Shown here piece by piece: positions 12,978 to 26,500 of a stretch of DNA of 64,000 nt; position 1 is the stretch's first letter; the number at the start of each line of letters is the position of its first letter. Origin of the DNA: Auanema rhodensis. Lineage: Eukaryota; Animalia; Nematoda. Where the stretch lies: the NCBI GenBank assembly GCA_964057225.1, contig OZ059897.1, positions 15,996,001 through 16,060,000 of the forward strand, written 5' to 3'. Under the pieces are notes generated by a model. The model made no database searches and was not told the origin of the DNA. It saw only the letters and a list, made by a program, of their open reading frames with translations. The translations under genes were made by a program, and so were the position numbers.

Positions 12978-15900
12978 AAGGAAATGAACTCAAATTATAG
13001 ATAGAGTACGTTATTTAAGAAAGAAAAAAGAACAGGAAAATGCAGCTGAACGATCGCTAAGGAGTTAATTCGAACAAAATTAAGTGAGCTGTCATATGCA
13101 CAATCGTCATCTGAAACTATAAGATGGATTTAAAACTAAAACTAAAGCTATGTGAAGCTAAGTAATAAGAAAACAAGTAGTTAAGACAAGCCATATATTC
13201 ATCTTACGCAGCACATGCAGGATTTCTGCAATTTGCTACTACTGAATGTTGCTCGGTTAAGGTTCGAAGGATTACAAATCGTATAACTACGGTATTCAGA
13301 TGTCAATTACTTTGTGTTTGGAATAAATAAAAAAGAAAAACAGGATGACACACAAAGTTGTAAATGCGATTTGGGCTGATTTGAATGGAGCAACTTCAGA
13401 ACTTCTTCTCTTCGAAGCAATATTCTACATATTGTGCTCATTATTCCTCGCTTTATTCTTCAGAAATCAACTAGAAAAGTTAAATATTTCATTGTGTGTG
13501 TTGCTAAATCTTTCAATGCCAAGCTGGTGGATTTGTCAAAACCCCAAAGCTTGTTGAGGAAGTTGTTATTTCTTTAATTAACAGAAGAAGCTTTTTGATT
13601 TGCTTCGTGATGAGAATGCGTTCCAATCAAACCTCCCCCCTCCAACCCAAAAAATCAAAAATGTTAAACAATTCCTTAAACTTTTTGTTTTGAAAGCAAG
13701 TTTTGTTCGCCCTAGTAAAATCCTCAAAGAAAAGTTTTTTTTTTCTGAATAACAGTGTAGCCTTTTCACGTAACTCTCTTTCTCTATAAGTGTATGCTCA
13801 CTCAAGCACTTTGAAGTCAAGTTTCTGCTTATCTTTGTCACAAAAGATACTTTTTCTTTATAAATGAAAAGAACTTTTACCATTTTAGTTATAAAAAATA
13901 TATAAAAATATATATAATAAGTTATATAATATAAAAATAAAATGAATAAATAATTGCATAAAATTAAGAAATATTGTTTAAAGAAATTCGTCCTTCTCAT
14001 GAAAACAACAGGAAAACTAACAGAAATTTTCTTTTTAATTATTCCTTGCTAATGCAGTAATTTGGTACATCTGTTATGTGTGAAGCCATTTTTTCAAAAG
14101 AAAAAGTGTTAACTCCCATAGAATGATGAATTTCTATTTTTACTTTCAAGCAATGCATTCTCAGCTTTGTTTGCTTTTTCGAAAAAAAAACATAACAGAA
14201 TATCCAGACCAAATTCAGAATTGAAGAAACACACACAGTGTTCTTTTTATCCTCCACTCAATCTCACTTTTGCATATTTTTGTGGGTTTAACTGAAGATT
14301 TCGGCAGAAGTATCGTTTAAGCCATGCAGAGCAAAATGATTCAAAAAACGTGCAGACATTGCAGAAATTTAAGAAAAAAACATTCGAACCTAAATCTGTA
14401 CTTTGGTTTTTTGACATTTGAGTTTTTATGTGGAACTTGAATAACCTCAAGCTCAAAAATCTAGAATGAACAAGATTGAAAACTCATGATGTAAGAAAGA
14501 ATCGACTAATTATTCATTAGTCTCACAAAGATTGCATCATAAACAAGAGGAAACAAGAAGTTTAAATAATTCTTGGTAATTTTTCAAATAGATCTACTTA
14601 TTTCAGACAGAATGTAATGAATTTCAATACTGCAATGATAGAGGCGAAAAACACTATGAAAATAAAATACGAATTTAGAGATTAGGTTGAAGACATTTGA
14701 AAATTTGAAAAAATTAAATTGTGCTGAACGATTGATCGAACTTTTTGCTATAATTCGAGCGGAATGATGAGAAACTTTATGAAGTATGATCAAACTCGTT
14801 TGGACATCTACATTTCATTTCGACAGATTATTCGTCTTAATCTTTGTCAAGTAAATGAAGGGCAAAAAAGCTTACGAATATTTGAAACATAAAATGAAAA
14901 ACTTAAAACAAAAGTTGATATATTATAAATAAGTTGATTAATTTAAGAATATTCACTATATCGAATTCAAAACTTCCAAAAAGTTCAGTCATATCATGAA
15001 TATTTTAACTAAAATAGCACATATAAGGAAATAAAAATTTATGAATTTAATGAAATATTCAAAACATATTAAACTATTCGGTTCGTATTATTGCTCTGAT
15101 GATAAAAGAACTATTTCAAAAACAATATTAATGACAGAACATCAAAAAATCTGATTATGATAGAATAATAATGAAAAATCTTTTTATTTTTTTATTCTTC
15201 TCATCTACTAAAAGTTTTGTTAAATTTTAACATAAAGGAAAATCATTTTAGAAAATATATTAATTAATTAGATATAGTATAATATTTCATAAAGTATTAA
15301 ATAAAGTTATAGAAAAATATAAAATTATTAAAAACAAAAGGCTGTTCAAATGAAAAGAACTGTTCAGACGGTATATTGTATATATTTAAAAGTTCCATTG
15401 AATTGTATTTGTTGTTATCATAGTTTAATGAAAACTGGAAAAACTCATTTTTTTTTCAGACAAAAATAAGAAGAATTCTGAGGGAATTCAGAATTGGGCG
15501 ATTATTAAGGAAAAAGAAAATACATTAAGCTTAATATCTCTTCCTGAAAGCTATTTCTATATATGAAAGCATGAACAAATGAGTGATTAACTAGATGAAA
15601 GACTGACCAAGAAAGAAAGAAAAAAATATTTTCTAAAAAAAAATAAATTTGGTCTTTGAATTATATATTTTCTATTATTTAGGTCTATATAAATCTGCGT
15701 GTATTATTAAAAAAAAGGACAAAAGTATAGGGAATTATCAAAGAAAAAAAGAAGGAAGAGGGGAAGTCGTCTACTAAGAGAAAATCATATAGATTATCTA
15801 ATACTGCTTATGGTTTTAGTATATTTAAAACATCAAGAATAAAAGAAAATTAGAAAGAAAAGATAAAAAAAAAATAAAATAAAAAAGATTTTTAATCTGT

Positions 15901-16830
15901 AATAACAAGGAAGTTCATTTTATAAGAAAAAATGGGTAATTTGAGTATTTTGAAAAAAGATGATTGAGAGAACAATGTAAACTAAACTGATACATATATC
16001 GGATAAAAATAAAAAAACTGATATTCAATATTAATTTCTTCTAAAACAATAAAGAAGCTTTTGTTTATACATGTTTATTATGATTTTTAATATTATAAAC
16101 ATGAATTAATCTTTATTATATAAAGTTCAAATAACATTTAAAAGTTGGTTGATGTGCTAGAAGATCATAACGATCAAACTATTCTGGAAACAACACTATG
16201 AACATCCTCATTTCTTTAAAATCACTAAGAGTATCCTAGAAACCAACTAAATGATCTTTTTTCACCTCTTGGTAGCCTATGTCTCTCTTGCTCTTTTCTT
16301 CCTCCATCATTCTCTTACTCCCTCTCTGTTAACGTCATCAGATGTGTTCTTCTCATTGGAAACTAGCTAGCTATTCCAAAATTTCAATTTGTTTTGCTTA
16401 CTTTCATTCTTTCTCATTTTCAAAACTACGTAGGTTTTTTGGATCTTTCTGTTGAAACAGATGAAAAAACTATAATGTGTATATGTATTTGCAGACATAG
16501 ATATATGAATAGGTTTATCTCCAAACAACATTATCTTTGAATTATTTTGTTTGAAAGGGTTTTTATCAAAATAAATCTGAGATGTTAGCTCAAGGGAGTT
16601 TTGTGATATAAGATACACAGGTAATTAAACTTAAACTAAAATACTTCGAAAGCTGGATTTATTTTTATATGTAAATCAAAAATATTATTTTCAGCTTAAT
16701 TAGGTGCATAATTCATAAAACCGGAGGACATTCTAGCCTGCAATAAATATATTCAAGAGCTAGGAAGAGAACACAGGACAGGAACGAGGATGTAAGATAG
16801 AGGTAAACGACAAAGAGAAGAAAAATTAAA

Positions 16831-16872
16831 AGAGAAAGAGAGAGAGAGTGAGTGAGAGAGAGAGAGAGAGAG
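16831..16872 (+). repeat. Imperfect (GA)n tract
   Basis: Direct reading. Confidence 0.85.
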
Positions 16873-19800
16873 AAAAAGAGAGAAAGAGAAGTATAATAGA
16901 GAAGTAGTAGTCTAGAGCTCTCAGATATCTCACGAAACTAGCATGCAATGTACAATCCTAATAAGGTACGAATTTAATAGAAATACGAGAGACAACTTTG
17001 TCAAACTAATCGGCAATTTTTTCACATTTAACGGAAAATAACATCTTTTTTTCCTGCATTCTTTTGCCAGATCATGCGGTTATCGTCAGGAAAACTCAAG
17101 AGAAATTCAATTGCAGCATTCCTCCTAAGCGACATTTCGTGATTTCGTATAACTCATCAAGATGAGAACAGAAGTCTGGAGTTTCGGGACTACTTTCACA
17201 CAACAAAAGAATGGAAAAACAGAGAGAATAGAAACAAAGAGAACAGGAAACCTAGAGACAGCTTAAAAATTAGAGAAAGATAAAGCAAAGAGAGCTAGGT
17301 AGAATACTAGAAAGTTAAGTTACTAAGTCGAAACAATCACAGGAAGCAACCTAAAAAATTCTATCAATCAAAAGAAAACGACAAAGAAACCAACTGACTC
17401 ATAGTCAGAGCTCACGACTTCAATTACATGATTTGACGCTATCAAATGAAGCAATTGGCTTTTTTATGATTCTTTGCCTGAGGATAAAACCAAATTTTGA
17501 TCTGATTATACTCTTCCGACTCTCATCCTTTCACCCAAATTATAAATATTTAATTAAGGAAGTCTATGAGCGTGCAAAACTGTTTGAAATGAATACGGGG
17601 AAAGAAAGGAGGAGGAGGGAGCAGGAAAACACAAAAATAAATCATAGTAAAAGCTTTATTTTCTTTTAGCAGAACTTGGGCTTACATCTGAGAGTCAGGC
17701 ACAACAGTTGAAACAAAACATATTTGCAACATTTTAATATTTAAAAGTTTTTAAAACCAAAATTTTAAGGTAGTTTCATCCCTATGAAAACTAAATTACC
17801 AATTTTAATATAGACTTTTTCCTTTATTTAATGTACACAAAATACATAAATATTTGGAGAAAGGGAAAAACACCATAACTTTTTTTTTCTTAATTCAAAT
17901 GGATATTAATGTATCCAACTGACTTAGTTACATAAATATTTCCAATAAAATGTAAGTTTCCTTGGAGTTTTATTACCATTTATCGTCAATAACTATTGTA
18001 TTCATACTGTCAATGTGCAAAACATTTCGATTGTCCTCATTCAATATACGGGAATCCATAAATACAGTATCGAGCCGATTTAACAATTAGAAAGGTCACC
18101 TGGCCAAATTGTCTTTATCTTTCCCGGTGGTTCGTTTGTTTACTGATTAGTGTTTCACGTATATTCAGAAAAAAAAGATATTATATTAGATATTAGAGAT
18201 GTTTTAATATAATATAAGTGTTAAAAGAAAATGAATAAACATTGATCTGAACACATTAGCAGGTGCTTTGATGTATAGATCAAGGTGTGACTTGTCATTC
18301 ACTCGTGACAATATCATGCATCTGCTTAGATGTATGAATGCATGTTAGTTAGAATAGTTGAAAAAACTTGTAATTACTTTGAACATCCGGTGTTTATAAG
18401 ATCCCTTTACTATTTGCCTGTTTTACTGATTTTACTGAGAACATTATCTCGTTAGCTATAGAAGTATAGTAGAGTTTGCTGCCTTTGCAGCTATGGGTCA
18501 TCTCATTGCGCAATGAACCACAATTGGCATTGTTATAAACCACAGGAGATAATATTGAAAAAGAGACCGCTATATGAGAACTTAAACTTTGTGTCAATGT
18601 CTTGTCATCAAGTTTGAACCTAATTATTTTACTTATTTGACAATACTTTGACAATAATTATTTCGAACTAGTTGAGTGTTTCATTATTAGAATTACTATA
18701 TCCCTTATTCTTTCGTTCTTTTGCTCATAAGGGAGTTATATAGTGAATGATGGGTACTACTTATTTTCATAATCTTTTTTTTTCTTCCGACATTTCCGTA
18801 GCACATAGTTTTCCTGCTACTATTACATGTAAACAAAAAAAACATGAAGAGAGATAAGATCAAAATATCATTTGAACTAATATGTTTTATCCCATCCATC
18901 CCTGCCTCACCGCCTCCCATCATAACGTTCTAATCACTTAGATTTTTCCGGTGAAAATACAACACTCAAGGAAATGATTAGGACTGTGAGAGAGAAACAA
19001 CGAGATGAAGATAAGAGGGTGAACTATAGAATACTACTGGTTTTACTGTGGTGATGAGAATAGGATCCCGGAGGTATTTGCCCGAAAGTTATTGTTCTTA
19101 TATCGAAAGTCGTGTCCTCAAGGTCCCATCATCACCATCATCATCATGTTCATCCGTCAGTAACGATTGATTCATTTATCATCAAATACAGATGTAACAT
19201 GTGACGGCTAGTGGAATATTCTATATATGGATCAGTGTTCTCCAATGATGTTTATTACCGTTCCCGTCGTCATTAGCCTATTATATCTGTTTTACTCTGC
19301 AGGATGACAGAAACAAACAAACCTCTTTCCTATTCAAGAATTATTATTTAACGGAAATGTTCTTTTGATTCCGCATATTGGCAATGTTTGCTCATTTATT
19401 TTTCAAATATTTTATTGTCAGCTAAACTGATGAAAAGAAAGGTTAAAAGAGCAACTGGGATATTTATTATTTTTGGTTTGTTTTCAAGTTTCGAAAACAA
19501 ACTATTTAGTAAGTAATAGGAAAAATTTTGTTTTAACATTGAAGTTAAAATAATAATAAAAAACATTAGGATGATTTCATAGATGAAGCAATTTGTAGCA
19601 ACTTTTATTATCAAAAAGGATGTTATATGTGAATAAAAAGTTAATGCTTTATGTGATTTCAATGAATATATATTTGATATTGGTTCTTATATTATCTAAG
19701 CTGATAATATTCTCCTAAATATAACGGATGTAATCAGTGTGTAATGTGTATTTTACATTTCTTGTTCTATCATTCATTATATATCAATTCATCGATTACA

Positions 19801-19966
19801 ATTATTATAAATATATATTTATGAGTAGTACTCGCACAATTCGACATGATATATAAGTATCTGAGTTTTTCTAAAAATCTTGAGCAATCCATCTTAGAAA
19901 TTGCTTAAAATTTCAAAAAAAACTATCTGCAAACGTAACCAATGTGAAAACAAAATTGAGAGATAA

Positions 19967-19988
19967 TATCACAGTACTTTGACAGGGC
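19967..19988 (-). promoter_or_regulatory. Candidate miR-2 family (K-box) target site downstream of the vab-1 stop codon
   Basis: Minus strand reads GCCCTGTCAAAGTACTGTGATA: an 8-mer CTGTGATA seed match plus TCAAAG complementary to miR-2 nt 13-18. It lies ~600 nt after the stop, and I saw no AATAAA in between. Confidence 0.45.
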
Positions 19989-20582
19989 TCCTTGGAATAA
20001 AATGAAAATCAATGACAGTTAAATGAACAAATGTGGTTGATGACGTTAAATGTCATTCATAACAGGAAGTGATATACAAGATACAGAACTTCAATCAGTC
20101 TCAAGCTTCAGAAGCTTCAAAATTCCGACTTGAAACCACTCAAAATTAAAGTAGGTACAATATTTACAAGGCACTGGATGAGTGAATCAAAGAAACACGA
20201 AAATTAAAATTAGAAAATGAGCCCTGTGAGAAATATCTAACAAATTAGGGTAAGAGGAAAGAACAAAACTGAAAACCAGTAATCAGAAACAGAAGGATTC
20301 AATGTTAGTACAAAACGAAAAGCATGCAAAATTGATTGATAAGAACTCATAAGTGCTTAAAGAAAGAGAATAATCTGCTATATGAAAATTGGAAAGAACA
20401 AAAATTCGAACTATTAAAATAATGTCTAAAGACATATCTCTTAAATAAACATTCTACAGTGTTCATATGAGAACATGACAAGAGGGATACACATGAAATC
20501 ATCGGATTCAAATACCTGCACATAAAAGGACTGGGAGCAAAAAACTATACACTTAGTATTTTGAGGAATGGCACGAGTTGAT

Positions 20583-23500
20583 TTAGACAAAGAAGCCTTC
20601 TTCCTTTCGAGGTAGCGTTCGAGCACGATGTGGAATTGTATTCTGCTGAGGCTCTGGCCTTGAAAGACCCCGAGCTAGCTGAAGTTGGTGAAGAGCATCG
20701 CGTATTCGTTGATATTCTTCAGATATTAATCCTATAACACAACGATTCATAGAGCATGATGAAGAAATTGACTTACCCATGGCTAATAAATCTAAATGAC
20801 CACGTCGAGATAGATCACTAACTGTGAACACTCCACCTTTGTTTAGCTTATCAGCAGTGTGACCCATTCCTAATGAGCGTAGGAAATCATCCAATTGTGG
20901 ATAGGTTGGAGGAGATCCAGTGGGAGGTGGAGGACACTGACCCATCGGCGGAGCCCGAACTGCGCCATAAGCATTTTCTAAGCTGAAAAAAAACAATAAT
21001 TAGAAACTGTCAAATATATGTTGAAACTCACTGATTAGTTGAATAGGCATATTTAGACACTAGTCCTGATTCGGTGTAAATATATTCAGGATTACGGGAG
21101 TATTTTTCCAAAATGGCTAATAGTTGAGCAAAAGATGGGCGATCATGTCTCTCCAATTTCCAACACCAAAGCATGATTCTATGAAGTGAAGCTGGACAAT
21201 CCATTGGAGCTGGAAGACGATAACCAGCCATTATCTCACTGATCACTTTCTGATTCGTCCAATCCCAGTATGGTCTTTCTCCGAATGAACAGACTTCCCA
21301 TGTTAAAACACCAAAGCTCCAAACATCGGAGGCAGCAGTGAATTTACGATGAGTAATAGCTTCAGGAGCAGTCCATCTGACAGGAATCTTCCCACCGTTT
21401 GTAGTATATTCCCCAGCAGTTGTATCATCAACTCCTCGTGAGAGCCCGAAATCGGCAATTTTACAATTGAAAGCACTATCAACAAGAACATTTCTAGCAG
21501 CCAAATCCTAAAAATAAACAACATAATAAATGAAATTTTCATGGAGATTTGAGTACCCTGTGCACATATCCTTTATCGGTTAAATATTTCATTCCTGAAG
21601 CAATTCCTCTGAGCATATTAACTACATGAGGCCAGCCAATCTCAAATCCTTGGGCATCTTTGCCACGAAGGAAGTTATCCAGAGAGCCATTTTCCATATA
21701 TTCGGTTACTGAAAGAAAATTAAATATAAATTCAAAAAAAAAAGGATCGAAGCTTACCGATCATTGCTGGTTCTGCGCGAGTAACTACTCCAATTAATCG
21801 GACAACATTAGGATGACAAAATTGGCCCATGATAGAAGCTTCAAGAAGGAAATCAGCTTTAGCTTTAGCGCTGCTACCAGGCTTTAAAGTTTTAATTGCA
21901 ACGGTTTCCGTCTGTAAATTTAGAATAAACAACAAAAAATAATAACAATAATCTTACTCCTTCGACATTGGAATCTCCAAGAACATTTCTTTTCAAGCCT
22001 CCCATACAAACATCTCCGAATTCACCTCCTCCGATCACATGAGTGATGAAAACGGCAGAAGGGTCGATATCAAAAGTGAATTCAGTTAACGCTTGATTTG
22101 GATCTTCATAAGCTGTTGGATCAACATAAGGTTTGAACTTGTTGGCATTGTTCCCATAATAGGGTGGTGGCTGAGACAGAGAAGTTCCATACGATGGAAT
22201 CAATGGAGCATTTACTGAAAATGAGATATTACAAAGAATAGCTAGCACTAATTGAATTTCAAGGAAAAATTAAACATGCAGCAAAAAGCACTTACTCTTG
22301 GCAGAACGGAACATATCATTGAACTGACGATGGCCAGAGCTGTAATCTGGGGTCATCGTGTCTGAAAAAGCACATATCACAACACGGTCACGAAAGCAAA
22401 GGAGCGAAGCATGAAATTAGAGGGGAATTCCAGACGCTTTCATTGCCATGAGAGAAAATACTTACCTTGTTTATATGTATCAAGAACATCCAAATCACTC
22501 ATTTGCTTTCTGTTCCTAGTATTGCGACGACAAATGAGAAGCATAAAAGCCAACAATAGCATTAAGAGAAGTGTGCTTAATCCAAGAACCCAAGGTGGAA
22601 TTGCTTGCAGAGCTGTTGTTTCAGATTGAAGAATTCCAGGAGCACTACCGGATATTTCACGAGCAGCGTACTCATATTGGAATGGTTCACTCCATTGGCC
22701 CCACCCGTCTTGATTAGCTCGTACCTGAACCATGAGGATATAAAGAGCCACAAATGTGAAAAAATCTGACCTTGAATGAATAAAGACCTTGCCGGAGATT
22801 GCTAACAGTGAGAGAAGGAGAATCAGAAGTACGAGATTCTTTTCCATTTGGAGTTGTGATGTCGATTTCATACTGACGAACGGTACCTTCAGACTCAGGG
22901 GGATGCCAACTGAGCATAATGCCACCGCTTAGTTCAGCATCAATTCTGATAGCAGTAACTGGCTTTCTTGTGGAACGTGGGGTAGAGAAGAATACAGTAG
23001 CATGTGATTTTATACGGTCCTTCTTAGCCACGGATGAAACCTTATTCTTAGCAATAACGTGGAAGGTATAACTAGAATCAGGTTCCAAGTTTCTAATAAG
23101 CACATAGCGAGAATTAATTCGGCTCATAGAAGGATAGATGCTGATTCCAGCGCAATTTCCACGATAGCATTCAACTTCGTACCATATCTCCTAAAAGCAA
23201 TTCATAAGAATAATACATGAAGATATAACTCACAGATCGGTATCCGAGATTATTGGGTTCATTCCATGAAAGCTCAACGGTAGTTTCATTTTTAACTCTT
23301 GTGTTCACATTTGTTGGCTCTCCGGGTGGTTCTAAAATAAGTCATTATATAATATAATAATGAATAAAAACTTACGGGAACAAGGTGCAGAAGACGATTC
23401 TTCAGGAGCCCTGTAGTACCCTGAAAGACAAGTGCACTCGGTGCCAGCAGGAGCGTCTTGAGCTGAGTTTTCTGGACATTTCTTACATCTACCTTTCCCC

Positions 23501-26500
23501 TTTTCAGATTTGTAGGAATCAATTGAGCATGCTGAAAAAATTTCAAATAAAGTTGCCCTCGAAAATATTCTAGAAAACATGAGATATACAATAAGCGAAG
23601 GTCATAACTCATTATTGGAATCAGCTATCCTTCCTTTTATGGCTAACACATACGCATTCTCAGGTCGTGATAGTCGTCGGTAATCAAATATTTATTACGC
23701 GAACATTAATTCCATCCCTTATTCCATTTTCTCAATAAGATGAAACAATACCACGGACACACAGACAGATGTTCTTATTTAAACATAAGTTTAGTGGTAT
23801 GACGCTATACAGACCTATTTAGAAGACTCAGAAAAGCTTTTGTGCTATTCTTTTCCCGTCGTGTTGGACAAACGGTTAATATAAACTCTTTTTTGCTAAG
23901 ATTTGTTTAGAAAACAACAGCGTAAGAAGAAAATGCGAAATAAAGAATAGCCGTTCGGTGACCCTTCCTTCTTCTCATCACCCTCTAAACAAACATATCA
24001 GCTACAGCCTCTAGGGTGCGGCAAAGTGTCGGCTCATCTGCCGCTAAGCCGTTCAAGCGGCCAACTAGGTGCTAAACGAAACACAATCCTAGATGAAACG
24101 TGGGCCGCCATAGGACTGACCAGCTTGAGGAGGGTCCCTTTCAAAACTACTCAGCTGGCTCTTCACACGTATTCAGTTTCCACGAATAGCTGGAGTTCGC
24201 GAACAGCTGATTCATCCACAAGGAACTCTACTTCCCACGAGATGGTATGGGAACCCGTCTTGATGCATTCTAGAGGCTTGAATCGTCCATTACGAGTCAT
24301 TTCCTTTTGGGTTATGCCAAATAGCATAAAGAGTGAATAAGAATAAACTCATTCATCTCAATCCCCATAGATTTGTTATATCATGGTCCCTGCCCTTGTA
24401 AGTACGTTTCTCAAAGTTAAGATTAAGTTCATTTATTTGTTAAATTACCCAGAGAGCAAAATCATTATTCATCATTCAAAGATGCTTCCAAGGAAAATAA
24501 AAGGTCATAAACCTTGTAACCTAAAGTCGCATATCAAACACACCTGCAGCGGCATGTCCTTTGACATAAACAGGCTTGAGACTTCATTATTGTAATGAGC
24601 AAGTGATAACGATTATAAAAGAAACGGAGACAAACATGGGAAAGATCCCATTCAGCATTTCCTTCACTGTATGTCTCTTTACACCCAATAAGTCGCTAAT
24701 TTACAGAACACCGAAACAATTAAATTAACAAGATTAGACTGCGCCTTATATGGTTGGTTAGTTGTCCAAGCAGCAAACAATATGATCATGAACATGTGCT
24801 TCTCCATATTCATCTGCATACACTGGCTTTTGGTTAATCAGTTTAGTGTAATCGCGTGGTTTTCAAATGAATTAAGAAACATTGAGCCAAGACGAATTGT
24901 ATGAAAGCGAACAAGCTCCCCTCTCCTCTTCAGTTAAACTAGTCCTGACATGACAGCTGAACTAGCTGCGGTATGCCATGCGTAAAGCAAGCAGTTGACC
25001 ACCTGTTGTCATCATCAGACCTTTTTCTATTTCAATTACCTTATAACATAACCACGATGTCATAAGGGCCCGACTCGCTTTTTGTCTGCAAATGAACAGA
25101 CAGGAAGCCTTGGCGTGGAAACCAGGCTCCATCGAAGTGACAATCAAAGACATCCGCCTATCATAAATGTCCGTTCAATTTCATTCGCGTGGATTAACAG
25201 AGGACGAAAACTGCTGTCATCATAAGAAAACCCTGATATATGGACAATACGGTCCGGTTCATATTCGGTCATTAACTTTACTGTCTCATATATATTCCCA
25301 GAAAGGAAGTCGAGAATAGTTTATCGATGAAAAAGGTAATGACGCAACGCGATGTCATTTGTCTCTTGTCTAAAGACAAAGGGAACCGCAAAAGATTTCA
25401 ATCAGAAAATGGCAAACGGCGGAAGACATATCAGACAACAATCAGCTCTACTGTTCATAATATAGCAAGATCAGTCAATATCTCTCAACCCCAGCTCATT
25501 CGAAAAAAATTTCTTTCCTACCGAATGAATTCAGCACTTAGTATTGGCGATTTTACATCCGATAACCACAAAGATGACTTCGAATAAAAGAAAAAGAAAG
25601 GACAGTGAGAGATTAATGTGTTCAGCCAAACTGATTATAATCAGGTTCGAACTAATAATTGAATTTTAGTGATGTCCAGGGTTACCCTGGTATATAAGCC
25701 CGCTGTCCATTAAGTTTCAGTATAACAAGATTAGACTAGAATCTCAATTATGAGATGATTGAGGTCGATTCGCACCTGCTCTTTTATAACCCTTTTGAGG
25801 CACACATAGAAATAATATTCAGTTTCAAAAGATATTTCTTCGACTTTGGAGGATTTATCAGAATATCGAAAAAATCTGGGAAAATTCTGACGCGGTGTTC
25901 ATTTCCCTTACTTTAGTAATACTTAAGTGTACTTTATCATACATGTGTCACTCTCACTTGAAGGAAACAAAAGCTGGAACCACAACCTAATTGATGGCCG
26001 CCATCTCATTATGAGTTCCCAAGAGAAAGTCTGTAGGCGAACAAGAAATATATAGAAGAGGCACATACTGGTCATCTAATGCCTACTACTATAATTAGAG
26101 CTGCTTTATGATGCTCCCCGTATGTTACGAGAGGGCTGATTCATCTTTGTTCTTTTATAGAGCCGCAGTGAAATACAGGGTCTGACCTTCCGACTCCATT
26201 ACTCTGGTGGTCATAACCGTTAATTTACAGCACAGTGGCACATTATTATCACATTTCACTCATATTCAAAATGTAAGAGAATGCTAGAACGGTACTTATT
26301 TTCATTAACCATTGGTTCGAGCGATGTAATTAGTAATAAGAGCTCACTATTTTTATGAATATCCATCAAAGGAAAACGAAACAACATACCTTTGCAAATG
26401 TCCTCTCCATCATTGTTTTGGGCAGCAGTATAACCTGGATCACATTCACAGTTTCCAATAATGTGCTGGCCCCATTCGCCACTGGATTTACAGAACGCTA

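Noticed and set aside
7-19662. Many 60-140 aa ORFs rich in F/I/L/K/Y in the ORF track (also 33-49 kb)
   Set aside because: These are translations of AT-rich low-complexity DNA, with no motifs or consistent exon chains.
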